Below, piece by piece: positions 22,328 through 32,000 of a DNA stretch of 32,000 bases. Every line of letters begins with the position of its first letter. Position 1 is the stretch's first letter. The DNA is taken from the NCBI RefSeq assembly GCF_014280175.1, contig NZ_CP047931.1, positions 1,800,001 to 1,832,000 of the forward strand. The letters are read 5' to 3'. Under the pieces are notes generated by a model that saw only the letters and a program-made list of their open reading frames with translations, ran no database searches and was not told the DNA's origin. A program made the translations under genes and the position numbers. The stretch comes from Synechococcus sp. A15-28 (lineage in GTDB: Bacteria > Cyanobacteriota > Cyanobacteriia > PCC-6307 > Cyanobiaceae).

Positions 22328-22489
22328 ATGGCTGACCCTCTGACGGCCAACTCCATGCCCAAGGCCAATCCAGTGCCGTCGGAATCGACGGACCTTTCCG
22401 AGGAACGCATTCTTTGCCAGCACTGCCGGCGCACGGCCAGCAACGGCATCCGCTGCCTCGGCATGTGCGTGGCCGACAGCGACTACTGA
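22328..22489 (+). CDS. 53-aa Cys-rich small protein (CxxC...CxxxC), absent from the supplied ORF track
   Basis: ATG at 22328 to TGA at 22489: MADPLTANSMPKANPVPSESTDLSEERILCQHCRRTASNGIRCLGMCVADSDY; stop overlaps the next start by 1 nt (TGATG). Confidence 0.5.
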   Translation: MADPLTANSMPKANPVPSESTDLSEERILCQHCRRTASNGIRCLGMCVADSDY

Positions 22490-22971
22490 TGCTTCTGCCG
22501 CTCCTGCTGGTACTGATGAACGTCAACGTGGCCAGCAGTGACACTCCAGGTGACCAACGCTTCGGCCGATTCGACACGGGTCTGTCCGACTGTCGCATCA
22601 CCCATGCGCAGCGGTCCATGGGCTGTCAACGGCTGCAACTGATGCAAACCAGCTCCATCGGGCTGCGCATTCGCTTCTTCGGCGTCAGCACGAACGAACC
22701 GAACAGAACGGTTCAGCTGACCTTCGTGACGGGTCCCGGCTCCGGCGATCCGATTTTGAACTGTCAGAGCGGCCGCTGCCGGCTCGCCGCCACCACCTGG
22801 AGCGGACAGATCAGCAGCAGTTCCTGGGTGTCCTTTGATCAGCGCGGCCTGCCCATCGGTGTACCGACCAATCGCCCCTCCATCGGGCAGTGCACGATCA
22901 GCGATGGCCGCCTCAGCTGCCAAAGTCAATCCCGTGATGGACTGCAACTGAGCGTGGAGGCCAGGCTTTGA
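22489..22971 (+). CDS. Predicted secreted/periplasmic hypothetical protein
   Basis: 'MLLPLLLVLMNVNVASSDTPGDQRFGRFDTGLSDCRITHAQRSMGCQRLQLMQ...' with signal-peptide-like N-terminus; start chosen inside ORF 22414..22971. Confidence 0.65.
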   Translation: MLLPLLLVLMNVNVASSDTPGDQRFGRFDTGLSDCRITHAQRSMGCQRLQLMQTSSIGLRIRFFGVSTNEPNRTVQLTFVTGPGSGDPILNCQSGRCRLAATTWSGQISSSSWVSFDQRGLPIGVPTNRPSIGQCTISDGRLSCQSQSRDGLQLSVEARL

Positions 22972-22982
22972 CAATCGATCGA

Positions 22983-23053
22983 AGGCGGCACCCAGATTCG
23001 AACTGGGGATAAAGGATTTGCAATCCTCTGCCTTACCACTTGGCCATGCCGCC
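22983..23053 (-). tRNA. tRNA-Cys (anticodon GCA)
   Basis: Minus strand: GGCGGCATGGCCAAGTGGTAAGGCAGAGGATTGCAAATCCTTTATCCCCAGTTCGAATCTGGGTGCCGCCT; 7-bp acceptor stem, GTTCGAATC T-loop, ATTGCAAAT anticodon loop, U discriminator. Confidence 0.93.
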
Positions 23054-23111
23054 GATCGGGAACGGCCGTTCCCATCAGGCGATCGTATCAGCCACAACGG
23101 AGCCGGATTGC

Positions 23112-24328
23112 TGGTGGTCTGCAACGGCCACGGGGAAGATTTTATCGCGCTGAGGGTGCTGGAACAAGTCCATGCCCAGTGCCCCGCCCTGAAGCTGGAA
23201 GTGCTTCCGCTTGTCGGTCAGGGGCGCGTGTTTGACAAGGCGATTGAGAACGGCTGGCTGCAACGGATCGGTCCGGCGGCCGCTCTCCCCAGTGGAGGGT
23301 TCAGCAACCAAAGCATCACCGGACTGCTGGCAGACCTCAAAGCCGGCCTCCCCTGGCTCAGCTGGCAGCAGTGGCGCTTGATCGGCCAGCGGGCTCGCGC
23401 CGGCCTGAGGCTGCTGGCAATCGGCGATCTCCTGCCCCTGCTGATGGTCTGGAGCAGTGGAGCCCGGTACGGGTTCATCGGCACACCGAAGAGCGACTAC
23501 ACCTGGCGCAGCGGCCCCGGACGGAGCCCCAGCGATCGCTACCACAGGCTCAAGGGCAGCGAATGGGATCCATGGGAATGGATGCTGATGCGTGCGGCCC
23601 GCTGCCGGCTGGTGGCCATGCGCGACGGACTGACCGCCCGCGGACTGCAACGTCATCGCATCAGAGCCCTGGCACCCGGCAACCCGATGATGGATGGCCT
23701 GGCTAAAGCTGCTGTTCCCGCCAGCCTCGGACGCTGCAGGCGGGTCCTGCTGCTGTGTGGAAGCCGTGTACCGGAAGCCGTTCGAAACTTCCGCCGGTTG
23801 CTGGACGGCGTCAGCAGGATGAAGGTCGACCAGCCGATTGCGGTTCTCGTTGCTATTGGCAGTCAACCCAGCCTGGATCAACTCGAAGCGATCCTTCGCG
23901 ATCAGCAGTTCCGCCGCGGCCTGCCTCCCTCCGACCAGCTCGATGCTGCGGCCTGCTGGGTGAGGGGAGCGCTGCTGGTGCTGATCGGCGTGAAATGTTT
24001 CCACACCTGGGCCGGCTGGGCGGAAGCTGGCGTCGCCACCGCCGGCACCGCCACGGAGCAACTGGTGGGACTGGGGATTCCGGCCCTGTCATTGCCGGGG
24101 GCAGGCCCGCAATTTCAATGGCCTTTCGCACGGCGGCAGAGCCGTCTGCTGGGGGGAGCCGTTCACCCCTGCGGCTCGCCGGAGGAGCTCCACCAACGGC
24201 TGCAGCAGCTGCTGGACAATCCGGAGCTGCGGGAGCATCTGGGCCGGATCGGCCAACGACGGATGGGGCCTCCAGGGGGGAGCGCCCGCCTCGCTGCGTT
24301 GATCCTGGAACGGCTGCACGGATACTGA
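23112..24328 (+). CDS. Lipid-A-disaccharide-synthase-related protein (start uncertain; the provided ORF from 23018 runs through the tRNA and is over-extended)
   Basis: 'LLVVCNGHGEDFIALRVLEQV...PLVGQGRVFDKA...LAPGNPMMDGL...AEAGVATAGTATEQLVGLGIPALSLPGAGPQFQ'. Confidence 0.7.
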
Positions 24329-24347
24329 AGGACCGCCGCTGGGAACC

Positions 24348-24605
24348 ATGGCTGCCATTCAGGACTCCGCATACGTCAAGCTCTGCGCCCAATTGGCCAG
24401 CCGACTCAGCATCAGCCTGGCCAGTGCCAGGCGCCAGGTGGATCAGGCGGCAGCTCGGGAGGGCAAGCGTGACCTGGAGGGACGACGGGCCATGGCCCAA
24501 TCCATGCTCGCTGCCCTCGAGAGCGATGACGAGGGCAGTGCCGACCGCTTGACCTCGCTGCTGAGTTCGAGCGAAGGAGACGGCAACTTCATTCTGGAGG
24601 ACTGA
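24348..24605 (+). CDS. Small conserved-looking hypothetical protein, 85 aa
   Basis: MAAIQDSAYVKLCAQLASRLSISLASARRQVDQAAAREGKRDLEGRRAMAQSMLAALE...; downstream of the 23.1 kb gene on the same strand. Confidence 0.6.
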   Translation: MAAIQDSAYVKLCAQLASRLSISLASARRQVDQAAAREGKRDLEGRRAMAQSMLAALESDDEGSADRLTSLLSSSEGDGNFILED

Positions 24606-24613
24606 CTCTTTGC

Positions 24614-25258
24614 TCAGTGCTCGAAGGTCTGGTTGAAGCGCATCCGATCCAGATCCGCGATCACTGGAATGCACCCGAAGCAGCGCTTCGCCAGATCCCA
24701 GCGCCCCTCACGACGCAGCATGGCTTCCAGTTTCTGACGAGCCGGGAGCAGATAGCGCACGTCATTGGCGGCGTAGGCCAGCTGCACATCGCTGAGTTCA
24801 TCCACCCGGCCCCAGTCACTGCTCTGGGCCCCCTTGTCCAGCTCAACGCCGACCAGCTCCATCACCAGGTCTTTCAAGCCATGGCGAGGGGTGTAGGTCC
24901 GTCCGAGACGGCTGCCCACCTTGGTGCAGAAGATGGGGCTGACCGCAATGCCGAGTCCGCTGGCCAGCGCTGCCACATCGAATCGGGCGAAGTGGAAGAC
25001 CTTCTCCACGGAGCTGGCCTCCAGGAGCCGCTGCAGGTTCGGCGCTGATGTCTGACCAAGGCCGATCCGAACGCAGGAGACCCGATCGTCGGCATCAGCG
25101 ATCTGAACCAGGCAGAGGCGATCTCGACCATGGATCAGACCCATGGCCTCGGTGTCCACGGCAAGGGCGGGCATGCGCAGGTATCGCTCGGTCCATTCCG
25201 CATCCAGATCGCCATCGAAGACGGTGAATTCAGCGGGAGCGGGAAGCGGGTCGGCCAT
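24614..25258 (-). CDS. RNase D-like DEDDy 3'-5' exonuclease
   Basis: 'LAVDTEAMGLIHGRDRLCLVQIA...VEKVFHFARFDVAAL...DVQLAYAANDVRYLLPARQKLEAML'. Confidence 0.85.
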   Translation of the reverse strand: MADPLPAPAEFTVFDGDLDAEWTERYLRMPALAVDTEAMGLIHGRDRLCLVQIADADDRVSCVRIGLGQTSAPNLQRLLEASSVEKVFHFARFDVAALASGLGIAVSPIFCTKVGSRLGRTYTPRHGLKDLVMELVGVELDKGAQSSDWGRVDELSDVQLAYAANDVRYLLPARQKLEAMLRREGRWDLAKRCFGCIPVIADLDRMRFNQTFEH

Positions 25259-25324
25259 GGGCAATCGCAGTCATCCATTTCAGTGTGGCTGGCGGGGTCC
25301 CGAGGCGAGCCTGGCGAGAGGCCC

Positions 25325-25771
25325 ATGAAATTCCCTCTTGAATCTCAAAATGAGATCGCCTTTGATGGATTCAGTGCACCTGTTGCTGTGTTTTCCCGCC
25401 GCAAGCCGTCCAGAACCTGCTTGGCCGATATCGAGCAGTATTTCCGCCAGCCACCACCACAGTTCCTGGACCTGGAGCTGGCAGTGTGCTGGGTGCTCGA
25501 GTGCCTGCTGAAGGACGACAACTATCCCTCCGCGCTGCTGCAGAAACTGATGCGGGAGGAGCCCCAACTGCGCCTCTCGGAGACCGTGCTCCAGCAGGCC
25601 TTGGATTTCCTGGAGCAGCAGGGCTCCATCAGCACATACACCCAGCGCTGCCCCAGCCGTGGTCGCCCCCGCCGGATGCTGCACCTGATGCCGGAAGCCA
25701 GACATCAGGCTGAACAGCTGATGTCCCCATGGCACAGCTGGCTGGACTCTCACCGTCTGGTGTTGAACTGA
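25325..25771 (+). CDS. Hypothetical protein, possible winged-helix fold
   Basis: 148 aa from ATG: 'CLADIEQYFRQPPPQFLDLELAVCWVLECLLKDDNYPSALLQKLMREEPQLRLSETVLQQALDFLEQQGSISTYTQRCPSRGRPRRMLHL'. Confidence 0.6.
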   Translation: MKFPLESQNEIAFDGFSAPVAVFSRRKPSRTCLADIEQYFRQPPPQFLDLELAVCWVLECLLKDDNYPSALLQKLMREEPQLRLSETVLQQALDFLEQQGSISTYTQRCPSRGRPRRMLHLMPEARHQAEQLMSPWHSWLDSHRLVLN

Positions 25772-25816
25772 CGCAAGCAAAGACGGCTTAGAACAGTCCA
25801 ACCTGAGTGCTGGTTC

Positions 25817-26371
25817 ATGCCTGCGGGCTTTCAATCGACCCTGCTGCTGACCGTCCTGCTGGCGATTGGCCTGGTGTTTTTCCTGCGCGCCGCCAGCAAG
25901 GATCGAACCACCGTGGTGGATGTGCACTCCCCCAAGCCGGCCCTGGAGGTGCTGAGCGGCCTCAGCGAGTGGCTGGAGCAACGGGGCTGGAGCCGGAACG
26001 GAGGCGACGCTGAACGGCAGGTGCTGCGTTTCCAGGGGGCGGTGGCCTCCAGCCGCCCACTGGCTGTGCTGTTGTCCGTTCTGGCCGCCATCGGTGGCAC
26101 CTGTTTCGGCCTGGTGCTGCGCCAGCTGGCTCCCCAGCTCAGCTGGTGGCCGCTGCTGATGATCCTGCTGGGCCCTGTGGCCGGGGTTGTCTACAGCCGG
26201 CGGGCCGCCCGCACCGAAGCGCTGGAACTGCAATTGCTGCAGGAGCTTGAAAACGACGGCGTCACCGTTCGACTGCGTGCTCACCGCGATGAGTTGATCG
26301 CCATCGAGCTGGAACTGGCCGACACACTCGAACTCTCCAGTGACGGCTCGCTGCTCTCGTCTCCGATTTGA
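25817..26371 (+). CDS. Membrane protein resembling the CCB2/CCB4 'cofactor assembly of complex C subunit B' family
   Basis: Membrane segments 'LLLTVLLAIGLVFFLRAASKDRTTVV' and 'WWPLLMILLGPVAGVVYSRRAARTEALELQLLQELENDGVTVRLRAHRDELIAIE'. Confidence 0.55.
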   Translation: MPAGFQSTLLLTVLLAIGLVFFLRAASKDRTTVVDVHSPKPALEVLSGLSEWLEQRGWSRNGGDAERQVLRFQGAVASSRPLAVLLSVLAAIGGTCFGLVLRQLAPQLSWWPLLMILLGPVAGVVYSRRAARTEALELQLLQELENDGVTVRLRAHRDELIAIELELADTLELSSDGSLLSSPI

Positions 26372-27174
26372 TCCGAAGCATGCCCTGGCACGACTGCAGT
26401 CACCAGCAACGCCTCGCCACACATCTCGGCCTCGGGGGGCTGGCGTTGACGCTGTTGCTGTGCCCCGCCACGACAGCCCAACAGGTCCAGAACGTTCCAG
26501 AAGCGCAATGCACTGCCACCGGCAACCCTGATCCCCTTTTGGGACCTCGCACCCGCATGCCGGGTCGCTGGGTCGGGCGGGGTGCGGTCAAGCCCGATCT
26601 CCCCATCGTGGTGATGGCCGGCCATGCCGATTCCCAGGGCATGGCCAGTGCCGGAACTCCGGGTTTCGCCGTGGACAAGCGGCGTCAAGCGCCGATGGAT
26701 CCCCGCATGCGGGACGAGCTGTACTGGAATCTGCAGGTGCAGAAGGCCGTGGTGCGGCTGGGGCAAGCCCGGGGGCTCAACATCAGCGCTTACACACCGC
26801 CGGCCCTCACCATCCGCAACGACGAGGACCCACGAACCAACTGGTCCCAGGCCAAGAAACGTTCAGCCCGCGGCGAGTACATCCTGGAAATCCACTTCGA
26901 CGCCTACCGGCCCCACGGCTTCGGATCAGGCTTGATCCCGGCAATCAATCGACCTCTCAATGCCGTGGACGAGAGCCTTGCCCAGGCCTTCGGTCGGTTC
27001 CCCCGCCTCTTCCGGGGCGGCCTCGGCGGTCCCCGTCGTGGCATCGGCATTCTCGAGATCGCGATGCTGGAGCCGCCGCTGGAGGACAAGCTGCGTGCCC
27101 CCAACACCCGCCCTCAGACCCTGAACTGCATCGCCGAGCGGGTGGTGAACGCCCTGGTTCAGGGGGTCAGTTGA
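26368..27174 (+). CDS. Putative secreted N-acetylmuramoyl-L-alanine amidase-like protein
   Basis: Signal-peptide-like N-terminus; '[21 protein letters not shown]...[29 protein letters not shown]...[10 protein letters not shown]' amidase_3-like pattern. Confidence 0.55.
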   Translation: MIRSMPWHDCSHQQRLATHLGLGGLALTLLLCPATTAQQVQNVPEAQCTATGNPDPLLGPRTRMPGRWVGRGAVKPDLPIVVMAGHADSQGMASAGTPGFAVDKRRQAPMDPRMRDELYWNLQVQKAVVRLGQARGLNISAYTPPALTIRNDEDPRTNWSQAKKRSARGEYILEIHFDAYRPHGFGSGLIPAINRPLNAVDESLAQAFGRFPRLFRGGLGGPRRGIGILEIAMLEPPLEDKLRAPNTRPQTLNCIAERVVNALVQGVS

Positions 27175-28249
27175 TGGCGCCGTGGGGACGGCAGCGATCC
27201 TCCAGGGATGCATCCCCCAACCAGTCCTGGGGTTTGGTGAACAGCTCCGTCAGCAACGCCTCTCTGGAGCCCGCATCGGCCGTGTAGCCGTACTCCCAGC
27301 GCACCAGGGGCGGCAGTGACATCAGGATCGACTCGGTGCGCCCGTTGGTCTGAAGTCCGAAGATCGTGCCTCGGTCCCAGACCAGGTTGAACTCCACGTA
27401 ACGGCCGCGGCGATAGAGCTGGAACTGACGCTCGCGATCGCCGTAGGCCATGGGATGACGCTTCTCCACGATCGGCGCATAGGACGGCAGGAAAGCCCGG
27501 CCGTTGGCCTGACCGAGGGCGAACAGCTGTTCCCAGCCCAGGGGGCGCGCCCCCAGCTGTGCCGACACCCCGGCGGCTGGACCTGAGGGGTCCTGCCCCT
27601 TGTAGAGCACACCGCTGGAATCCTGATAGTCGTAGAAGATTCCACCGACGCCCCGGGTCTCTCCACGGTGCTTCAGGAAGAAGTACTCATCGCACCAGGG
27701 CTTGAACACCTTGTGCAGGTCTGGATGCACCGAATCGCAGGCCGCCTGATGGGTGCGATGAAAGTGGCGGGCATCCTCCAGAAAGGGGTAGTAGGGCGTG
27801 AGATCAGCCCCACCGCCGAACCACCACACCGGGCCGGCCTCGAAATAGCGGTAGTTGAGGTGAACCGTGGGGATGTATGGATTGCGCGGATGCAGCACCA
27901 TCGAGGTGCCGGTGGCGAACCAGGGATGCCCCTTGGCCTCAGGGCGCTGCTTGAGGATCGACGGTGGCAGCTCCTGGCCCTGCACTTCCGAGAAGTTGAC
28001 GCCGCCCTGCTCGAAGACCCGGCCCTCACGCATCACCCTGGACCGGCCACCACCACCCTCAGGCCGCTCCCAACTTTCTTCAACGAATCTCCCTTCCCCA
28101 TCGAGAGACTCGAGACCAGCGCAGATCTCGTCCTGCAACCCCATCACCATCGCCCGAGCGCGGGCCCGTGAATCCTCGGGTGGCAGCTCCAGTGCAGGTC
28201 CATGGCCCTGCGGGCGGCCAAGCAGGCGTCGAACCAGGGAGCGAACCAT
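27167..28249 (-). CDS. hemF: Aerobic coproporphyrinogen III oxidase (start at [11 protein letters not shown]; provided ORF extends to 28336)
   Basis: '[13 protein letters not shown]...[36 protein letters not shown]...[13 protein letters not shown]...FYDYQD'. Confidence 0.95.
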   Translation of the reverse strand: MVRSLVRRLLGRPQGHGPALELPPEDSRARARAMVMGLQDEICAGLESLDGEGRFVEESWERPEGGGGRSRVMREGRVFEQGGVNFSEVQGQELPPSILKQRPEAKGHPWFATGTSMVLHPRNPYIPTVHLNYRYFEAGPVWWFGGGADLTPYYPFLEDARHFHRTHQAACDSVHPDLHKVFKPWCDEYFFLKHRGETRGVGGIFYDYQDSSGVLYKGQDPSGPAAGVSAQLGARPLGWEQLFALGQANGRAFLPSYAPIVEKRHPMAYGDRERQFQLYRRGRYVEFNLVWDRGTIFGLQTNGRTESILMSLPPLVRWEYGYTADAGSREALLTELFTKPQDWLGDASLEDRCRPHGAIN

Positions 28250-28366
28250 GAAGCCAGACCAATCGATCGCTGAACCTAAACAGGCGAAGCCAGCCCAAGA
28301 CAACACTCCGTCAGGGACTGTCACGGGAGGACGCACCTAGGATCCAGCCCGCAGCAGCACAACCAG

Positions 28367-29443
28367 ATGGTTTCGGTCGAGCAGATCAACGGCGTTCTTG
28401 CTCAGATCCAGGATGCGGGCAGCGGTCGTGCCGTCACGGAACTCGGCTGGATTGACCAGATCCGCGTGGAGGGGGCCCGGGTGGTGTTCCGACTCGCCCT
28501 GCCTGGTTTTGCTCAGGGGCAGCGGGAACGGATTGCCGAGGAATCCCGACAGGCGTTGTTGAACTTGAACGGCATCGACGATATTCAGATCGAACTGGGC
28601 CAGGCCCCCAGCCAGGGGGGAATCGGTCAGGCAGGCCACGGACAACCGGCGGAGCGTCAGCCCATTCCAGGGGTGCGTCAGGTGATCGCCGTCAGCAGCG
28701 GCAAGGGCGGCGTCGGCAAGAGCACCGTGGCGGTGAATCTGGCCTGTGCCCTGGCGCAGCAAGGGCTGCGGGTGGGCCTTCTCGATGCCGACATCTACGG
28801 CCCGAATGCGCCGACGATGCTCGGGGTGGCTGATCGCACGCCAGAGGTGCACGGCAGTGGGGACAACCAGCAGATGGTGCCGATCGAGAGCTGTGGCATC
28901 GCCATGGTGTCCATGGGGTTGCTGATTGATGAGCACCAGCCGGTGATTTGGCGTGGTCCGATGCTGAACGGCATCATCCGTCAGTTCCTCTACCAGGCCG
29001 ATTGGGGTGAACGGGATGTTCTGGTGGTGGATCTCCCCCCCGGCACCGGAGACGCTCAGCTGTCCCTGGCGCAGGCCGTGCCCATGGCCGGCGTTGTCAT
29101 CGTGACCACACCGCAGCAGGTTTCCCTGCAGGACGCACGCCGCGGATTGGCCATGTTCCGGCAGCTGGGAATTCCTGTGCTCGGCGTCGCGGAGAACATG
29201 AGCGCCTTCATTCCGCCGGACCGCCCCGAGCAGCGCTATGCCCTGTTCGGCAGCGGTGGAGGTGCCACCCTCGCTGCGGACTATGACGTTCCGCTTCTGG
29301 CCCAGATCCCCATGGAGATGCCGGTACAGGAAGGCGGCGACAGCGGACGTCCCATCGTGATCAGCCGGCCGGACTCCACCAGTGCCCTGGAATTCCAGGG
29401 ACTGGCGCAACGGGTGCTGCAACAGGTCACCGCGACGGCCTGA
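28367..29443 (+). CDS. mrp: Mrp/NBP35-family ATP-binding Fe-S carrier protein
   Basis: 'VIAVSSGKGGVGKSTVAVNLACALAQQGLRVGLLDADIYGPNAPTMLG'. Confidence 0.92.
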   Translation: MVSVEQINGVLAQIQDAGSGRAVTELGWIDQIRVEGARVVFRLALPGFAQGQRERIAEESRQALLNLNGIDDIQIELGQAPSQGGIGQAGHGQPAERQPIPGVRQVIAVSSGKGGVGKSTVAVNLACALAQQGLRVGLLDADIYGPNAPTMLGVADRTPEVHGSGDNQQMVPIESCGIAMVSMGLLIDEHQPVIWRGPMLNGIIRQFLYQADWGERDVLVVDLPPGTGDAQLSLAQAVPMAGVVIVTTPQQVSLQDARRGLAMFRQLGIPVLGVAENMSAFIPPDRPEQRYALFGSGGGATLAADYDVPLLAQIPMEMPVQEGGDSGRPIVISRPDSTSALEFQGLAQRVLQQVTATA

Positions 29444-29445
29444 CG

Positions 29446-30684
29446 ATGACGACAAGCCGCGGACGACGCCATCGATCCAGGGAATGGATCCTCTGGGGCG
29501 TTCCGCTGGCCATGGTGGCCATTGCCGGCGTGCTGATCGCCAGCACCCAGCGGCAGGCGGACTACGCCGATTGGTATCACCACTGGATCACGGCTGGGGG
29601 CGGAGCCTTGATCGCCCTGGCCCTGGCGCGTCTGCCACTGCAGCGGCTTCGGCCGCTGCTGATCCCGGTTTACGGCCTCACGGTTCTCAGCCTGGTCGCC
29701 GTGCGGCTGGTGGGCACCACAGCCCTGGGGGCACAGCGCTGGATCAGCATTGGTCCGGTCAATGTTCAGCCGTCCGAGTTCGCCAAGATCGCGGCCATCC
29801 TGCTGCTGGGCGCCGTTCTCGCCCGTCACCCGGTGGAGCGCCCCGTGGATCTGCTGCGGCCCCTGGGAGTGATTTCCATCCCCTGGCTGCTGGTGTTCAT
29901 CCAGCCGGACCTGGGCACATCACTGGTCTTCGGAGCCTTGATGCTCACGATGCTCTATTGGTCGGGCATGCCGATCGAGTGGGTGGTGCTGCTGCTGTCC
30001 CCCCTGGTGACGGCGCTGCTGTCGGGGCTGCTGCCCTGGGGCATGGCGGTCTGGATCCCGCTGATGGCAGCGCTGGCGTTCCGGAGCCTGCCCTGGAGCC
30101 GGATGGCCGCGGCCATCACCGTGGCCATTCATTCCGTGATGGCCGTGGTCACCCCCTGGCTGTGGATGAACGGTCTCAAGGACTATCAACGCGATCGCCT
30201 CGTGCTGTTCCTCGACCCGTCCCAGGACCCCCTCGGCGGTGGTTATCACCTGCTGCAGAGCAGCGTCGGCATCGGCTCCGGAAGGCTGTTCGGCACCGGC
30301 CTGCTGCAGGGTCAGCTGACCAAGCTGCGGTTCATCCCCGAACAGCACACGGACTTCATCTTCAGCGCCCTCGGCGAGGAAACCGGATTCATCGGCACGG
30401 TGCTGGTGGTGACGGGCTTCGCCTTGCTGATGATGCGCCTGCTGCAGGTGGCCCGCCATGCCCGCAGCGATTTCGAATCGCTGGTGGTCGTCGGCATCGG
30501 AACGATGGTGATGTTTCAGGTGGTGGTGAACATCTTCATGACCATCGGACTCGGTCCGATCACCGGCATTCCCCTGCCCTTCCTCAGCTACGGGCGCTCG
30601 GCGATGCTCGTCAACTTCATCTGTCTGGGCCTCTGCCTGTCGGTGGTGCGACAGAGCCGTGTCAGCTCGCTGGGTCGATGGTGA
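29446..30684 (+). CDS. rodA: Rod-shape-determining protein RodA (SEDS family)
   Basis: 'GTTALGAQRWISIGPVNVQPSEFAKIAAILLLGAVLA...ALGEETGFIG...GLGPITGIPLPFLSYGRSAMLVNF'. Confidence 0.93.
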   Translation: MTTSRGRRHRSREWILWGVPLAMVAIAGVLIASTQRQADYADWYHHWITAGGGALIALALARLPLQRLRPLLIPVYGLTVLSLVAVRLVGTTALGAQRWISIGPVNVQPSEFAKIAAILLLGAVLARHPVERPVDLLRPLGVISIPWLLVFIQPDLGTSLVFGALMLTMLYWSGMPIEWVVLLLSPLVTALLSGLLPWGMAVWIPLMAALAFRSLPWSRMAAAITVAIHSVMAVVTPWLWMNGLKDYQRDRLVLFLDPSQDPLGGGYHLLQSSVGIGSGRLFGTGLLQGQLTKLRFIPEQHTDFIFSALGEETGFIGTVLVVTGFALLMMRLLQVARHARSDFESLVVVGIGTMVMFQVVVNIFMTIGLGPITGIPLPFLSYGRSAMLVNFICLGLCLSVVRQSRVSSLGRW

Positions 30685-32000
30685 GCGACAACAGCCTTCA
30701 GGCCCTGCGGCAGCGCCTGGCCCGAAACATTCGACCTGGGGCCTGCGATGAATCCGGGGTGCGCCGACTCTGGTGGGCCGCCCTCGAGATTCTTCAGGAG
30801 GAGCTGCTCGATCGCCATGCCGATGAGGGGATCTGGGTCGCCTCCCCGCTGCCGGCGCTCTACGAGCCTGAACTCCTGGCCCATCTGCAGGGATGGGTGC
30901 TGGCGCCCAAGAACCTCGATCGCTTCAGTCCATCCAATGCCGCCTTGCCGGCTAGCGCTGGCCAGCGGGAGGAGGGAATGCACTTCCGCCGGCTGACTCT
31001 GCATCCTGAGGATGGGTTGGACCCCCTGCTGGTCGTCATCACACCCACCCTCCAGGCGGCTCTGGCCATTCATGGCGCTCCGGACCGACGTCAGCTGCTG
31101 ATGCGCTGTGACCACGACACCCTGGGCGATGCCCTGGCCCTGTTCGGAGCGCGCTTGCAGGATCAGTCCCCGGAGCTGGCCGATGCGTTGAAAACGCAGC
31201 TGACCGCCCTTGGTCCACTGCACAGCGATCCCCAGCTGGATCAGCAGTTCTGGCCGCGACTGGCGGAAAAGCTCACCGTGACGGCGCCGAGCCTGACCCT
31301 GCAACCCACCCAGTCCAGCTCGGAGCACAACCAGGGGTCCTCCGAGGACCTCAGCCTGCTGGAGGCCATCACCCATGAGGTGCGCACGCCCCTGGCGACG
31401 ATCCGCACCCTGATCCGCTCCTTGCTGCGACGCAACGACCTTCCCTCCGTGGTTCAGAAACGGCTGCGTCAGATCGATGGCGAATGCAGTGAACAGATCG
31501 ACCGCTTCGGGCTGATCTTCCATGCCGCCGAACTGCAGCGCCAACCGGAGGGAACCCAGCTGGCCCGAACCGATCTCGGCTCCATCCTGCGCAGCCTGGA
31601 GCCGACCTGGCGGGACCAGCTGGAGCGTCGCCAACTGAGCCTCACCCTGGAGGTTCAGCCTGATCTTCCCGACGTGCTCAGCGACCCGCGGCGGCTGGAA
31701 CCCATGCTCGGCGGCCTGATCGACCGGGTGAGCCGGGGACTGCCCGGCGGGGCCGGACTGCGGTTGGAACTGCAGCCGGCCGGCGCACGCCTGAAACTGC
31801 AGCTTCTGGTGCAGATGGAGGACGGACCGGTGTCGACCACATCGACCTCAAACACCGAACAGGTGGGCACGGTTCTCAGCTGGGATCCAGCCACCGGCAG
31901 TCTTCAGCTCAGTCAGGCCGCCACCCGTCAGCTGATGGCCAGCCTGGGGGGGAGATATCACGCGCGACGCGACCGGGATCTCACGGTGTTCTTCCCCGTG
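30678..32000 (+). CDS. Sensor histidine kinase, truncated by window end
   Basis: Frame open from ATG 30678 (or GTG 30681) to the window edge; HisKA H-box 'LLEAITHEVRTPLATIRTLIRSLLRR'; 7-nt overlap with rodA. Confidence 0.8.
   Translation, partial: MVSDNSLQALRQRLARNIRPGACDESGVRRLWWAALEILQEELLDRHADEGIWVASPLPALYEPELLAHLQGWVLAPKNLDRFSPSNAALPASAGQREEGMHFRRLTLHPEDGLDPLLVVITPTLQAALAIHGAPDRRQLLMRCDHDTLGDALALFGARLQDQSPELADALKTQLTALGPLHSDPQLDQQFWPRLAEKLTVTAPSLTLQPTQSSSEHNQGSSEDLSLLEAITHEVRTPLATIRTLIRSLLRRNDLPSVVQKRLRQIDGECSEQIDRFGLIFHAAELQRQPEGTQLARTDLGSILRSLEPTWRDQLERRQLSLTLEVQPDLPDVLSDPRRLEPMLGGLIDRVSRGLPGGAGLRLELQPAGARLKLQLLVQMEDGPVSTTSTSNTEQVGTVLSWDPATGSLQLSQAATRQLMASLGGRYHARRDRDLTVFFPV

Noticed and set aside
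23018-23111. N-terminal part of ORF 23018..24328
   Set aside because: Begins within tRNA-Cys and reads as non-protein-like sequence until LLVVCNGHGEDF.
23853-24674. Minus-strand 273-aa ORF opposite the lipid-A-synthase-related gene
   Set aside because: Ala/Pro/Gly-rich shadow frame without domain-like features.
28337-29455. Minus-strand 372-aa ORF opposite mrp
   Set aside because: His/Gln-rich translation typical of an antisense frame; the plus strand has a clear Walker A P-loop ATPase.
30588-31634. Minus-strand 348-aa ORF at the right edge
   Set aside because: Opposite the rodA end and a histidine kinase frame with a canonical H-box running off the window.

Overview
This window is a marine Synechococcus-type (phycoerythrin-II-containing) phycobilisome rod gene region covering about 1-17 kb, followed by an ordinary high-GC core-genome segment covering about 17-32 kb. 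From the left: three small Nif11-domain-like ORFs on the minus strand; an mpeY-type bilin lyase; mpeBA (PE-II beta/alpha); mpeC (PE-II gamma linker, with the expected bilin Cys49 context); an mpeU-like lyase; a fourth Nif11-like ORF; cpeZ and cpeY (minus strand); two small uncharacterised convergent genes; cpeBA (PE-I, minus strand); a short coiled-coil-like ORF; cpeS-pebA-pebB; rpcBA (R-phycocyanin); rpcT-rpcE-rpcF-ptpA; then panC/cmk, rlpA, purM, an aldo/keto reductase, tRNA-Cys(GCA), a lipid-A-disaccharide-synthase-related protein, an RNase D-like exonuclease, hemF, mrp, rodA and a truncated sensor histidine kinase. I see no CRISPR, phage, toxin-antitoxin or transposon content. The most interesting candidates are the Nif11-domain genes embedded in the lyase/PE-II locus, the 4-nt-overlap coupling of a tyrosine phosphatase (ptpA) to the phycocyanin lyase operon, the leader/attenuator-like sequences of the mpeBA, cpeBA and rpcBA operons (including a 30-codon ORF upstream of rpcB), and several uncharacterised small proteins. 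All family calls come from reading the translations. No database search was run.
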